Position numbers and translations under genes: made by a program. DNA of 63,301 nt, the filler included, from Aduncisulcus paluster (taxonomy: Eukaryota): NCBI GenBank assembly GCA_024181965.1. It is 5 parts of 5 records of this genome, joined end to end, with 100 filler letters (N's around TTAATTAATTAA, not from the genome) between each part and the next. Parts side by side here need not be neighbours in the genome. Positions count along the whole stretch, not along the records: positions 19,426 to 38,098 come from BQXS01012707.1; positions 38,199 to 53,140 come from BQXS01012714.1; 3 more parts are not named here. One strand, 5' to 3'. The stretch's first letter is position 1, and each line of letters begins with the position of its first letter. Under the pieces are notes generated by a model. It was not told the DNA's origin, made no database searches, and worked only from the letters and a program-made list of their open reading frames with translations. This document shows, piece after piece, positions 33,646 to 44,589 of the stretch.

Positions 33646-35262
33646 ATGGAAAAGAAAGATGAATCAAAAAGATACATTCCTCCCCATATGAAGAGGAGAA
33701 TAGCCGAAGAGAAGAAAATAGAGCCCCCCAAACCAAAGAGTACTCCCTCTAGTTATTGGATGGGTGGAACCGACTCAGGATCCCTCAAAGGAGATGCCTT
33801 ATTCGAAAAAGAAACTGTTGGAAATTTATTTGATAAATATGATGATATTCCCGTGGAAATTACCTGTGAAGGAGATGTTCCTGACCCTATGGAATCTTTC
33901 GCCTCTGCAGCGTTTCCCCATATATTGGAAGAAAATTTAAGAAGAATGAAATATTCTAAACCCACTCCCATTCAAAAGAATGCCATTCCCATAGCTGTAG
34001 AAGGACGTGATATTATGGCATGTGCTCAGACTGGTAGTGGTAAAACTGCCGCCTTTCTTGTGCCTTCAATCAAGAAACTCCTTGAAGAAAAAAAGCCTAT
34101 TCTTCGGAAACCCGAAGGAATTCAATATGCTTACCCTCTCATGGAGCCCCGTGTTCTTGTTCTGACCCCAACCCGTGAGTTGGCTATTCAGGTTCACAAA
34201 GATGCTGCGAGGTTTTCTTTTGAGAGTGGATTAAATACTTTCTGTATGTACGGTGGAGAGAAGTGGGGAATCCAAAAGAGCCGTTTGCGTAGGATTCGTC
34301 GCGTAGATATTCTTGTAGCCACACCAGGGAGACTTATTGATGTTCTTTCTATGGGAAACTGCCATCTAATGAATGTTAAAACCCTTATTCTTGATGAAGC
34401 TGATCGTATGCTTGAAAACGGTTTTGAAGAGCAAATTAGAACCATTCTCGAGGAATATTTCATGCCCGATTCTGATGTCAGGCAAACTCTTATGTTTAGT
34501 GCCACTTTCCCAACCCAGATCCAACGTCTTGCATGTGACTTCATGCGTGATTATGTTTTCATTACTGTTGGTCGAGTTGGAAGTACGTCAGCAAATATTA
34601 CACAACATTTGTTACATATCGACGGCGGGGAAGAGGAAAAGAAGAAGCATCTCGTCCGTCTATTGAAGGCTGACATCAAGAGTGGTGGCCTTGTCTTAAT
34701 CTTCGTTGAGACCAAGCGTGGTGCCAATAGTCTTGAGAGATACCTTCGAGATGAGTATGCATTTGCTGTTACATCCATCCACGGAGACAAAGAGCAACAT
34801 GAGCGTCAGTTTGCGATGCATCTCTTCTCCTCCAAGAAGAGACCCATTCTCGTAGCCACTGACGTTGCCCAACGTGGTCTTGATATCCCGAACGTGACCC
34901 ATGTTGTTAACTACGATATGCCTCGCGCCATCCAGGATTATACCCATCGTATCGGAAGAACTGGAAGAGTTGGACATACCGGACTTGCCACTTCCTTCAT
35001 TAACCCTCATGAACACGGCCGCCTGTTGCGTCCCTTGCTCAATTTGATGTCTGAGGCGAAGCAAGATGTCCCTCAGTGGTTCACAGATATGGTCTCCATG
35101 TATGGAAGTGGTCCTGGTGGTCCAAGAGGAAGAGGTCCAAGAGGAGGAAGATATGGCGGTAAAGATTTCCGTAAGCGTGGATATCATGGCGGTAAATCAG
35201 GAGGATATGACTCTACAAAGCGAGGTGGACACAAAGGGGGATATGAATTTGGATATAGATAA
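33646..35262 (+). CDS. DED1: DEAD-box RNA helicase, Ded1/DDX3 family
   Basis: YIPPH, FDKYDDIPVE, MACAQTGSGKT, PTRELA, TPGRL, DEAD, SAT, GRVGSTS.NITQ, HRIGRTGRVG, RGG-rich tail. Confidence 0.92.
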   Translation: MEKKDESKRYIPPHMKRRIAEEKKIEPPKPKSTPSSYWMGGTDSGSLKGDALFEKETVGNLFDKYDDIPVEITCEGDVPDPMESFASAAFPHILEENLRRMKYSKPTPIQKNAIPIAVEGRDIMACAQTGSGKTAAFLVPSIKKLLEEKKPILRKPEGIQYAYPLMEPRVLVLTPTRELAIQVHKDAARFSFESGLNTFCMYGGEKWGIQKSRLRRIRRVDILVATPGRLIDVLSMGNCHLMNVKTLILDEADRMLENGFEEQIRTILEEYFMPDSDVRQTLMFSATFPTQIQRLACDFMRDYVFITVGRVGSTSANITQHLLHIDGGEEEKKKHLVRLLKADIKSGGLVLIFVETKRGANSLERYLRDEYAFAVTSIHGDKEQHERQFAMHLFSSKKRPILVATDVAQRGLDIPNVTHVVNYDMPRAIQDYTHRIGRTGRVGHTGLATSFINPHEHGRLLRPLLNLMSEAKQDVPQWFTDMVSMYGSGPGGPRGRGPRGGRYGGKDFRKRGYHGGKSGGYDSTKRGGHKGGYEFGYR

Positions 35263-35402
35263 TTCATTCATAAATGAATAGTTTCCCCACCATAAATAAA
35301 GTTACCATGGTATATTTGTTTCATTTTAATTATTTTAATATAATATTCAACTCTATTTGTCGAGGGAGAAAGAAACACCTTCATTTGGCACACCTGTAAA
35401 TA

Positions 35403-37594
35403 ATGGGTTTGATTTATGGGCTTGCTTATGTTATTTTTGATGCGTATTATGGACAAGTTGTGAGATATCTTCGTCCTAAGGATTTATTGGACGTCGAAGA
35501 TCAAAGGTCTCTTGCATGCCTTGCTATGCCCCCTTCTTTTCAGCTAGTTGCCGAAAAAGAGTTTAGAATGAGATATTGTGCAATTTTATATCGTAAATTG
35601 AAACCTAAATTATATTGTTTTGTCCATTTTCAGTATGTTGATTTGTTTTCCGTATTAGTAATTGATTTTTTTAATATTTTAATTTTATTTCAACTTATTG
35701 TTCTTTTTTATTGATCTTTTTTGTGATTATACTTTTAGTCAACGACCTAGTAAGAAGATGCAAAGAAATTATCTTCAACATTCAATTGTTATTCTCTCTG
35801 AAATTCCATACATTAAATTATATTCCGCGATCTCTTATTCTTTAGGAAATCTCTGTTTATGCTTTGGAGTGAGTGAATATCGGAAATTACTTAATCGTCT
35901 TTCAAAAGTTCGAACTTCTTCCTCCATACTTGATCCTTTCTCCAAAATATTACCAAATCCCATATACTCCCTCCATCGTAGGAAATCTTCAGTTCAGATC
36001 GACGGGTCCTCTTCTAGTGTTACGAGTGATCCTTTAGGCTCAGCTAGTTGTCCATCAATCGCTGAAGAAGTGCAATTTTATATCGTAAATTGAAACCTAA
36101 ATTATATTGTTTTGTCCATTTTCAGTATGTTGATTTGTTTTCCGTATTAGTAATTGATTTTTTTAATATTTTAATTTTATTTCAACTTATTGTTCTTTTT
36201 TATTGATCTTTTTTGTGATTATACTTTTAGTCAACGACCTAGTAAGAAGATGCAAAGAAATTATCTTCAACATTCAATTGTTATTCTCTCTGAAATTCCA
36301 TACATTAAATTATATTCCGCGATCTCTTATTCTTTAGGAAATCTCTGTTTATGCTTTGGAGTGAGTGAATATCGGAAATTACTTAATCGTCTTTCAAAAG
36401 TTCGAACTTCTTCCTCCATACTTGATCCTTTCTCCAAAATATTACCAAATCCCATATACTCCCTCCATCGTAGGAAATCTTCAGTTCAGATCGACGGGTC
36501 CTCTTCTTTTCTCCAAAATATTACCAAATCCCATATACTCCCTCCATCGTAGGAAATCTTCAGTTCAGATCGACGGGTCCTCTTCTAGTGTTACGAGTGA
36601 TCCTTTAGGCTCAGCTAGTTGTCCATCAATCGCTGAAGAAACGTCAAAAAAGGAAACAAAAATAGAAGTATCTCCAATTTCATCACAGGATACGGTGCAA
36701 CCTGAGTCCGTGGATAGCACAGCGTCCTCATCTTCCTCGATTATTGAAAGTGATGCAAAAGACACATCCTCCTCCGAATCCTCTGAAGATGAAGGATCCG
36801 AGCTACCTTTTTCAAAAAAACCAAATAGGGAAGGAATCAAAATTAAAATATTTGGAACAATTAATGACGATTCAAGTTATTCGGAAGAAGAAGAAAGTGA
36901 TAGAGAAAACCCACTCCTGTCAAAACCCATTCCAAAACCTCCATTTCCTGAACCGATTTCTCACCCATTCTGTATTTCTATAAATAGATCTTCTGAGGAA
37001 GTTGATCACTCATACAATGCTATTCTCCATTTCATGTGTCTGGTTCTTGACAATGTGTTTGAGAATGTCAATAGTGTGCGCTTAGAACTTGAAAAAAAGC
37101 AGCAATCCGTAACAACCTCAACGGAAACAATAGAAATACCTTCCCCTCTTTCTTCTCCCCCGATTGATACTTCCTCTCCTTTCACTCCACAATCTCCTTC
37201 CCCTCTCCTCTCTTCTCCTCATCCTTTCACTCCAATAATGCCTTCGCTTGATCCTGATCACGTTGAAGATGAGTGTCATGGAATGTCACCTCATGAGGAG
37301 GAAAAGAGAGATGAAGACAAGAGAGATGGTGATGACAAGAGAGACGGAGAGAGAGATATCTCTTCAAGCTCTGCATCTTTCATTCCACTATATCTCCCAG
37401 CTTCCTCCTTATTGCAGCTCCCTTTACATACATTGACACCAGTGCTTCCAGCATCATCAATCAAAATTACCGTAACCGACGCAATTACCGGCACAACCGG
37501 TTGGGCAGCAAGGTGGGGCAATGGACCATTGTCAAGGAAGAAACCACCCTCAAAATCAAAAGGAAGCAAGGATTCTGATCGTCCCCATCCCCAA

Positions 37595-37632
<38 letters not shown>

Positions 37633-38053
37633 CTCCTCTTCTTCTCTCCCCCCTTTCCCATACTTGTCTCTCTTGTACTTCCCTGGCCTTCACATCTCAC
37701 TTGAGAATGGTGGAAAAGTCGAATTGGTGAAGCGACAGAAAGGTCATCTTATTCATCCATCTCTCTCGTCTTCTCTCTCTTCTTCTCGTCTCTCTTCGTC
37801 TTCTCGATTCCTCTCTCCTCTTCCTTCTTTCAGATATCCAGAAGATGACCCTGACCTCAATCCGTTTCTCTTGTCTCACTCTTTTCTTCCTCCTTTCCTC
37901 TTCTCTCTCTCACCGTTATTTCCAGCCATAATCCAGAGCTCCCCTTCACTGAGTGCATCACAATGCAAGTACAATGAGAAAGGACTGTCTTTGTTCTGGT
38001 TGCTTGAAACCATCCTTTTGGGAAGACCTTTACTTGTGTATTCCCCTCTGTGT
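35403..38053 (+). CDS. DENND6: DENND6/Avl9-type DENN-domain protein; intron 35633-35738; disrupted by assembly duplications and 3'-truncated
   Basis: FDAYYGQVV...LACLAMP; spliced FVHFHQRPSKKMQRNYLQHSIVILSEIPYI; LLETILLGRPLLVYSP; tandem copies 35578-36069/36070- and about 36430-36506/36507- break the frame. Confidence 0.65.
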
Positions 38054-38098
38054 TAGTGTTACGAGTGATCCTTTAGGCTCAGCTAGTTACGTCAAAAA

Positions 38099-38198
38099 NN
38101 NNNNNNNNNNNNNNNNNNNNNNNNNNNNNNNNNNNNNNNNNNTTAATTAATTAANNNNNNNNNNNNNNNNNNNNNNNNNNNNNNNNNNNNNNNNNNNN
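38099..38198. other. Artificial contig linker
   Basis: 44 N + TTAATTAATTAA + 44 N. Confidence 0.97.
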
Positions 38199-38643
<445 letters not shown>

Positions 38644-38721
38644 CTAAAAAAATAAAGAATAATTAGTAAAGAGGCAGAGAAATGATATTATTTCGTTCGG
38701 AAAGATCAAAATTTTACATAC
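38644..38721 (-). other. Spliceosomal intron in the beta-tubulin 5' UTR, ending directly at the ATG
   Basis: GTATGT donor at 38721, TACTAAT branch site at 38668-38662, T-rich tract, TAG|ATG. Confidence 0.75.
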
Positions 38722-39370
38722 TTTTAAATTATTTGACTGTAATGTCACAAAAACTAAAATTCAAATCGAACTCCAAAAGTTGAGCGTTAAAATATATGTT
38801 TAGCAAAATTTGCCGTTATATTGTTATAGTAAAGCCAATGCCGTTTTTTATTTTCGGTTGAAATAGTATAGAATACTCCCAAACAGAAAATCCATTCTAG
38901 ACGCTAATCCATTATAATTTTATTAAATTAAAACATTGAAATGTCAGGGGCAATCTATGTTAAATTAAATTAATAAAATATTTACTTTCATATTTGCATT
39001 CTTCACGACTAACAGAATTCTGTGGGTTGAACTTTGAATTCTTCTTGAAATTTATGAGTTGATGATAATAATTTATATTATCAATCAGCCTAATATTTAT
39101 TTCCGTGATTACAATATGTAGAATTTGGCAAATAAAGGAAATTCTGAAAATGACAACTCGATCTTGAGGGGGGCATTATTTCCAATTTATTTCAGGAATC
39201 AAGTTTTTTTAGACTCAAGAATCTGTTCAGAAAAAACAATTAATCAATTAATCACTGTGGGTGACTTTGACCAATATATATCAAAGGCACCAAAGAAAAA
39301 GAAACATATTCGAGAATGTAATTTCAAAAAGTGTAAAATAAAGATAGAGAGCAGCACCTCACAAATTATT

Positions 39371-42300
39371 CTACAGACTTGTGTATTCTCCACCTTCTCC
39401 AACCTCAGTTTCAAGAGGTTGGGCAAAGTATTGCTCATCTTGATCAACACCTTGAGGAATGGCGCTTGTAGGGAAAGGAGCAGCGCCGACCTCAGGCTCA
39501 AATCTGGTGTAATCTGAAGGAACAGTTCCGGTAGGTTTGCTACAGAACTTCATGACAACGACGGCACCAGCACCAAGAACGACCATACAGGCGATAATGA
39601 TAAGCATGACAGCCCACCAGGCGAGACCAGAGCCATTCTTGTGAACCTTTTGTCCAACGGTCACTTCGATTGGAGTGTAGGCCTTGTACATGTCAGTGTA
39701 TAAATCATGAGCAACAATAGTAATGTAATATTTGTTACCAACAGTAAGAACATCGGCACGATTGATAGTGAAAGAAATCATATCAGAATCGGCAGAGAAT
39801 TGCTTGAAGGCATACCCAGCACCATTGTCATACAAGGCAGTTCCACGCATGGCTCCACAGGCAGTCCAGGGAATCATGGTGTCACTGGTGATTGTGGCAG
39901 TTGTAGGATCAAAGTATGGAGTTCCATAGATACCATATTCGACAAGATCGGCAGTGAGACCTTGGACGGCAACAGCAGGGATGAATTTGACAGTAAGTTG
40001 ATCCTCAGAGCTGTCTGTGAGGGTGACAAGACCATTCCTTCCGGGAAGAGGTCTGAAATCATTGAAGAAAGCGAAAATATCGTACTCAAAGTTGACAGTG
40101 TCATCACCAACAAGTTCTTCAAGAGCCTCAACCTGCTCGTTTGGAGCTGGGTAGCTCTGCATGTTGTATACAGAAACGAATCCCCAGATATCACTCATGT
40201 CTCCAGGGGATGGCAAGTTGGTTGAATCAATAGAGAAACTGATCTCTTGTCCAAAAATACCATCAGTGTGGAAACCGGCGTAAGGTTCGACATAAGGAGA
40301 AACCAAAGAGACATCAAGGCCCAAGAAACCTCTGCAAGGACTGACGACAAAGTGAGTTGGGAAGAAATCGTTGAAGTATTTAATGTGGCTAATATCATTC
40401 TTGCTTGTCTCACTGACACGAAGGGCATTGTTGTAAGGCAAAGTTTGGATGAAGTTAGCAGCAGAGTCAGCCTCAGTATAGAGACCAATCTCAACCATGA
40501 TATCCTCGGTTTGGTATTGAGTACTCTTCACAGTGATATACAAATCACTTCCAGTGAGTTGAGTGACATCAATATCAGTGACCATAACACCACCTTCACG
40601 CATGTAGAGGTCGTAAGTAGAGGCATCGGGGTAAGGATTAGCATCATCAAAGCCAACGAAGACCTCGAGGTAGGGATCGAAGAAAGTAGCATCAACGTTG
40701 GTGTCGTCAAGACCATAAATGTATTCACGAACGTAGAGGGTGCATGGACGAGCGTTTCTAACGATGCTAGACCCAAGGGAGAGGTCGAAACTGTTGGAAG
40801 AACCAGTATACTGGATGTATTGGTGAAGAATCTCATCGGTAGAGGTAGCATCGGTCAAGAACAGACTGGTGTAAGAGGAAGCACTCACAGCAACTCTGCG
40901 GGACACAACAGTGATATCAAGGGGCTGGTATGACATCTGGAAGAAGTAGAACTGGTTCTCAGAAGAGACAGGGAAGCTGACATCAATGTTAATTGTCCCA
41001 TCGTCGCCAGCAGAGGCCTGCGTAGGGTTGCTCATGACATCAATGTCATAAGAGTTCAAGGCCAACCAGTAGTAAATGAAATCGGTGCTTTCCATTTCAC
41101 TCATGGTAAAACGAACGTTCTGGTACACTTCAGAGGGTCCGATCTCAACGACATAATAGTGGAAAACATCAGGCTGGATGACATCATGTTGGATGGTCAC
41201 AGTGGTGTTCACCTCAACGAGGGTAGCAGCAAGAACATCAAGAGAAAGGTAGAGTGTGGGGGAGATAGGGAAGATACCAATGAACCAGTACCCAGAGACA
41301 AAGTTGGGATGGTCAGAAGAGATGGTGTAGACGGCAGAATCACCGGCTAACATGTTGACCTTACCCATACATTGAGATTGGACAGTGTCGGTGGAAACGG
41401 GAGCTACACCGTAACAAAGCCTGGCCATACCAATAGGATCATCCGAGGCAGTGTTAAAGTTGGATGTATCGAAGGTGATACGNNNNNNNNNNNNNNNNNN
41501 NNTGGGATGGTCAGAAGAGATGGTGTAGACGGCAGAATCACCGGCTAACATGTTGACCTTACCCATACATTGAGATTGGACAGTGTCGGTGGAAACGGGA
41601 GCTACACCGTAACAAAGCCTGGCCATACCAATAGGATCATCCGAGGCAGTGTTAAAGTTGGATGTATCGAAGGTGATACGGACATCTTCATCATCCTCGA
41701 CCTCGATTCTGTAATAAGTAGGCTGTGTGGGATCATCGAAGGTGGAGTAATCAAGCACCTCGTTGCGCATAGCAGTGTCATCAATCTCAATGTAGCTGGT
41801 TCCAAGGATGGTGAATGGAATATTATCAGTCACATTATCCCAATTGGCATAAGCCTGGGTGATTTGAACGAACAAATCATTGGAGAAGGTAGGAGTCTGG
41901 GTGCTAATGTGTGTTTGCCAACCAGTGGGATATCCGAGATACTCATCAGCAATGATAAGACTAGTGTTTGTGAATGTTGGTTCAGAAGAGACCTGCACCT
42001 TGAATCCAGCATTAGAACCCACATCCACCAAGTTGGTGTTAACATAAATGTTAAAGAGAGTGTATGGTTTGCTTTCAAAGCTGTGGAGAGAGTTGAAGTA
42101 CTCAAATGTGACAGGATCAGCAACAGTAGAAACGGTCAAGTCAGCAGGTTTCACAATCTGACCAGTAATGGACACGCCCTCGTCTAACTCTTGAATGGCA
42201 TTGTCATGGGGGGCAGCCAGACATTCGTAGGTTCCAGGGTAGTTGGCAAGGAAAGTAATGTAGAATGGGGAGGTAGGGTCAAAGTCAGTGGTGATGTCAA

Positions 42301-44185
42301 GAGTGGTCTCATCGGTGGCCTGAGAATGCCATTGGTAGCGAGAGGGAGTAGGCATGTAGTGCTGCTGGGAGACGTAGATGTGAGGATCCATGATATCAGC
42401 CAGAGAACGGTGGTGACCAACACAACGGACCTCAATACCACTGTGATCGGTGTCAGGGTCGAAGGAGAAGTGCATGTAGTAGTCATCTGAGGTTGTAGTG
42501 AACACAAGAGGAACATTAGCGGTCAGGTTGTACAAAATACCAGCACGTGTCTGGAGATAGTCGGTTCCAGCAGCAGCAAAGGCTGATGTAATGTAGTAGA
42601 ACCCGTTAGCATTGAATATACCAGTTGTGGCAGAGTGAGAGATTAGTCCCTGTTTGGTGTAGTTGTCATCAGTGCAAGCTGTACCATTAACCACAGTTCT
42701 GCTACCGTAGGTGGCGGCTGCCTGCACAGTGAAATTACCAGTGGCAGTAGACCCAGAAGAGGCTGAGAAAGCATAATCAAAGACAAGATCAGAGCCATCA
42801 ATGGACGTGGGGGTGTTTGTGTTGATGAAGGAAACACCGTAAGTGTGGGACTGGTCAAAGCTGGAGACAGGCTTGGCAGGGTTCAATTCAGTAGTCGTGA
42901 AAGAGAATAGGAAGTTGAACGTAACCATTGATTGGGCTGCATCAGTCATAATATTGGGGTCGGTGATAGGATAAGAGTTTGTCTTTAGAGGAGCAACAGC
43001 CAGATAAATCACAGCAGAATCACCGGCCGTAGCAACGGCAGAAGTGTAATCTCCCTGAGATAAACACAAAATGCCATCATCTCCCATCCATGTACCACTG
43101 TGGCCAGAGTATCTGGACCCATCAAGAGTTGGAGCAGGAGTAGAATCAGTAACAGAGGCGTAGACAACCATGCTATTGTTAGATTGATTAGTACTAGTGG
43201 TGTTTGTGAATATACACACATTATCAGGATACTCACCAGTAGTTTCATCGGGGCTAACTGTAATCATCATCAACTCATTGGCCTGTTGGTATGGAATAAG
43301 AGAGTAATCAGCGGCAGCGGGAATTCTCGTATCAACATCAGCGTTTGTCAGTAAGAAAGCGTAGAGAGTATCAGCATCGTGTTCCCATACATTCACCTCC
43401 AAATCAACATCAGCAGCGACTGTCACCTCAATACTGATAAGTTGGTACATCTGGATATTTTCCGTTGAAAGATCACAGGTCCAAGCAAGTTCTCCGTCAT
43501 TTTCAGTGGTAGGAAGAGTGGGAGGAAGACCATTACAGGATTCATAGGGGGTACGAGTTCCATCAGCTTGACTAACAAATGAGGCGGTCATAGTATATCC
43601 GTCGGTAGAAGTTATAGTATCCGGGACACCAACTGCGTGGAAACTGATATTACCACCGGAGTTCACGGGGTATAAATAAGACCTAGGAAGGGTGGCTACG
43701 TATGAGGCTTTTTGGGGGACACTATCAGTCAACATATACTCAGTAGAAACGAAAAGGGAAGCACTTGTGGCAGTCGAAGTCACATAAATACAATAAGTCG
43801 TTCCGGGAATGTGTCCAAATTCTCCAGGCCAGAATTCAACATAATTGTTCTGTCTAATGGCGGAAATATAACTATTCTTAGCAGAAGAACAATCAGTAGA
43901 ACTTCCACCAATACCAACATAAGCTTCAGCAAATCCAGAACCAGTTCCTCCGTTGACATTAGTCTCCAGAGTCATGAAGAAGGGAGCATCAGTCATATCG
44001 GAATCATTGTTATACTTTGGAAGGGTGATATAAAAATACTTTCCGCTATAACTCGCATTCTGAACAGAATAAGTCTGTCCAGATGTTAAGGCGATGGGTT
44101 CAGTTGCAGATCCAGCTGTACACAAAACATACGTCAATTGCACGCAAAGAATAGCAAGAACTAAAATAAAAGATGAAACCCTCAT
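39371..44185 (-). CDS. Large type I membrane surface protein (~1538 aa after removing the gap duplication)
   Basis: Signal peptide MRVSSFILVLAILCVQL; Thr/Tyr/Asp-rich beta-strand ectodomain; TM GLAWWAVMLIIIACMVVLGAGAVVVM; short tail containing YTRF and ending YTSL. Confidence 0.85.
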   Translation of the reverse strand: MRVSSFILVLAILCVQLTYVLCTAGSATEPIALTSGQTYSVQNASYSGKYFYITLPKYNNDSDMTDAPFFMTLETNVNGGTGSGFAEAYVGIGGSSTDCSSAKNSYISAIRQNNYVEFWPGEFGHIPGTTYCIYVTSTATSASLFVSTEYMLTDSVPQKASYVATLPRSYLYPVNSGGNISFHAVGVPDTITSTDGYTMTASFVSQADGTRTPYESCNGLPPTLPTTENDGELAWTCDLSTENIQMYQLISIEVTVAADVDLEVNVWEHDADTLYAFLLTNADVDTRIPAAADYSLIPYQQANELMMITVSPDETTGEYPDNVCIFTNTTSTNQSNNSMVVYASVTDSTPAPTLDGSRYSGHSGTWMGDDGILCLSQGDYTSAVATAGDSAVIYLAVAPLKTNSYPITDPNIMTDAAQSMVTFNFLFSFTTTELNPAKPVSSFDQSHTYGVSFINTNTPTSIDGSDLVFDYAFSASSGSTATGNFTVQAAATYGSRTVVNGTACTDDNYTKQGLISHSATTGIFNANGFYYITSAFAAAGTDYLQTRAGILYNLTANVPLVFTTTSDDYYMHFSFDPDTDHSGIEVRCVGHHRSLADIMDPHIYVSQQHYMPTPSRYQWHSQATDETTLDITTDFDPTSPFYITFLANYPGTYECLAAPHDNAIQELDEGVSITGQIVKPADLTVSTVADPVTFEYFNSLHSFESKPYTLFNIYVNTNLVDVGSNAGFKVQVSSEPTFTNTSLIIADEYLGYPTGWQTHISTQTPTFSNDLFVQITQAYANWDNVTDNIPFTILGTSYIEIDDTAMRNEVLDYSTFDDPTQPTYYRIEVEDDEDVRITFDTSNFNTASDDPIGMARLCYGVAPVSTDTVQSQCMGKVNMLAGDSAVYTISSDHPXXXXXXXRITFDTSNFNTASDDPIGMARLCYGVAPVSTDTVQSQCMGKVNMLAGDSAVYTISSDHPNFVSGYWFIGIFPISPTLYLSLDVLAATLVEVNTTVTIQHDVIQPDVFHYYVVEIGPSEVYQNVRFTMSEMESTDFIYYWLALNSYDIDVMSNPTQASAGDDGTINIDVSFPVSSENQFYFFQMSYQPLDITVVSRRVAVSASSYTSLFLTDATSTDEILHQYIQYTGSSNSFDLSLGSSIVRNARPCTLYVREYIYGLDDTNVDATFFDPYLEVFVGFDDANPYPDASTYDLYMREGGVMVTDIDVTQLTGSDLYITVKSTQYQTEDIMVEIGLYTEADSAANFIQTLPYNNALRVSETSKNDISHIKYFNDFFPTHFVVSPCRGFLGLDVSLVSPYVEPYAGFHTDGIFGQEISFSIDSTNLPSPGDMSDIWGFVSVYNMQSYPAPNEQVEALEELVGDDTVNFEYDIFAFFNDFRPLPGRNGLVTLTDSSEDQLTVKFIPAVAVQGLTADLVEYGIYGTPYFDPTTATITSDTMIPWTACGAMRGTALYDNGAGYAFKQFSADSDMISFTINRADVLTVGNKYYITIVAHDLYTDMYKAYTPIEVTVGQKVHKNGSGLAWWAVMLIIIACMVVLGAGAVVVMKFCSKPTGTVPSDYTRFEPEVGAAPFPTSAIPQGVDQDEQYFAQPLETEVGEGGEYTSL

Positions 44186-44589
44186 TAGAAGATTAATAAT
44201 GTGGTCAAAGACAGAATAGGAAAAAGGCTGACAAACTCCTGACTATATTTAGATGTGGATTAATAAGAGAGCTAAGGAGATATTTGGTGATGAAATATTC
44301 ATTTCTTACCTTTTTCAATCATTCTTCACTATTTATTTCAGGTTGATTATTCTAGTGGTTTTGTCATTTAGCCATATCCGAGCTCCTGCTCTCCAATGTG
44401 TTAAGAATCGAAGTTTAGAGAGTGAAATAAAAATATTACTTAACGAATTTAAAAATAATATCCTTTAAAATAGCCTCGGTGGCTATATTTCGACACTGAA
44501 AATAAAATGTGATTTTCTTGCTAATCCTAAAATAATTTATTATAAAATTTGACATAATTTTGTATATATTTGCTTTATTAATATAATTT

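Noticed and set aside
35578..38098. Tandem duplications and an early TAG in the DENND6-like gene, suggesting a pseudogene or exon duplication
   Set aside because: Copies appear identical, include the intron, and a third fragment sits at the contig end; this fits gap-filling misassembly, though reads are needed to confirm
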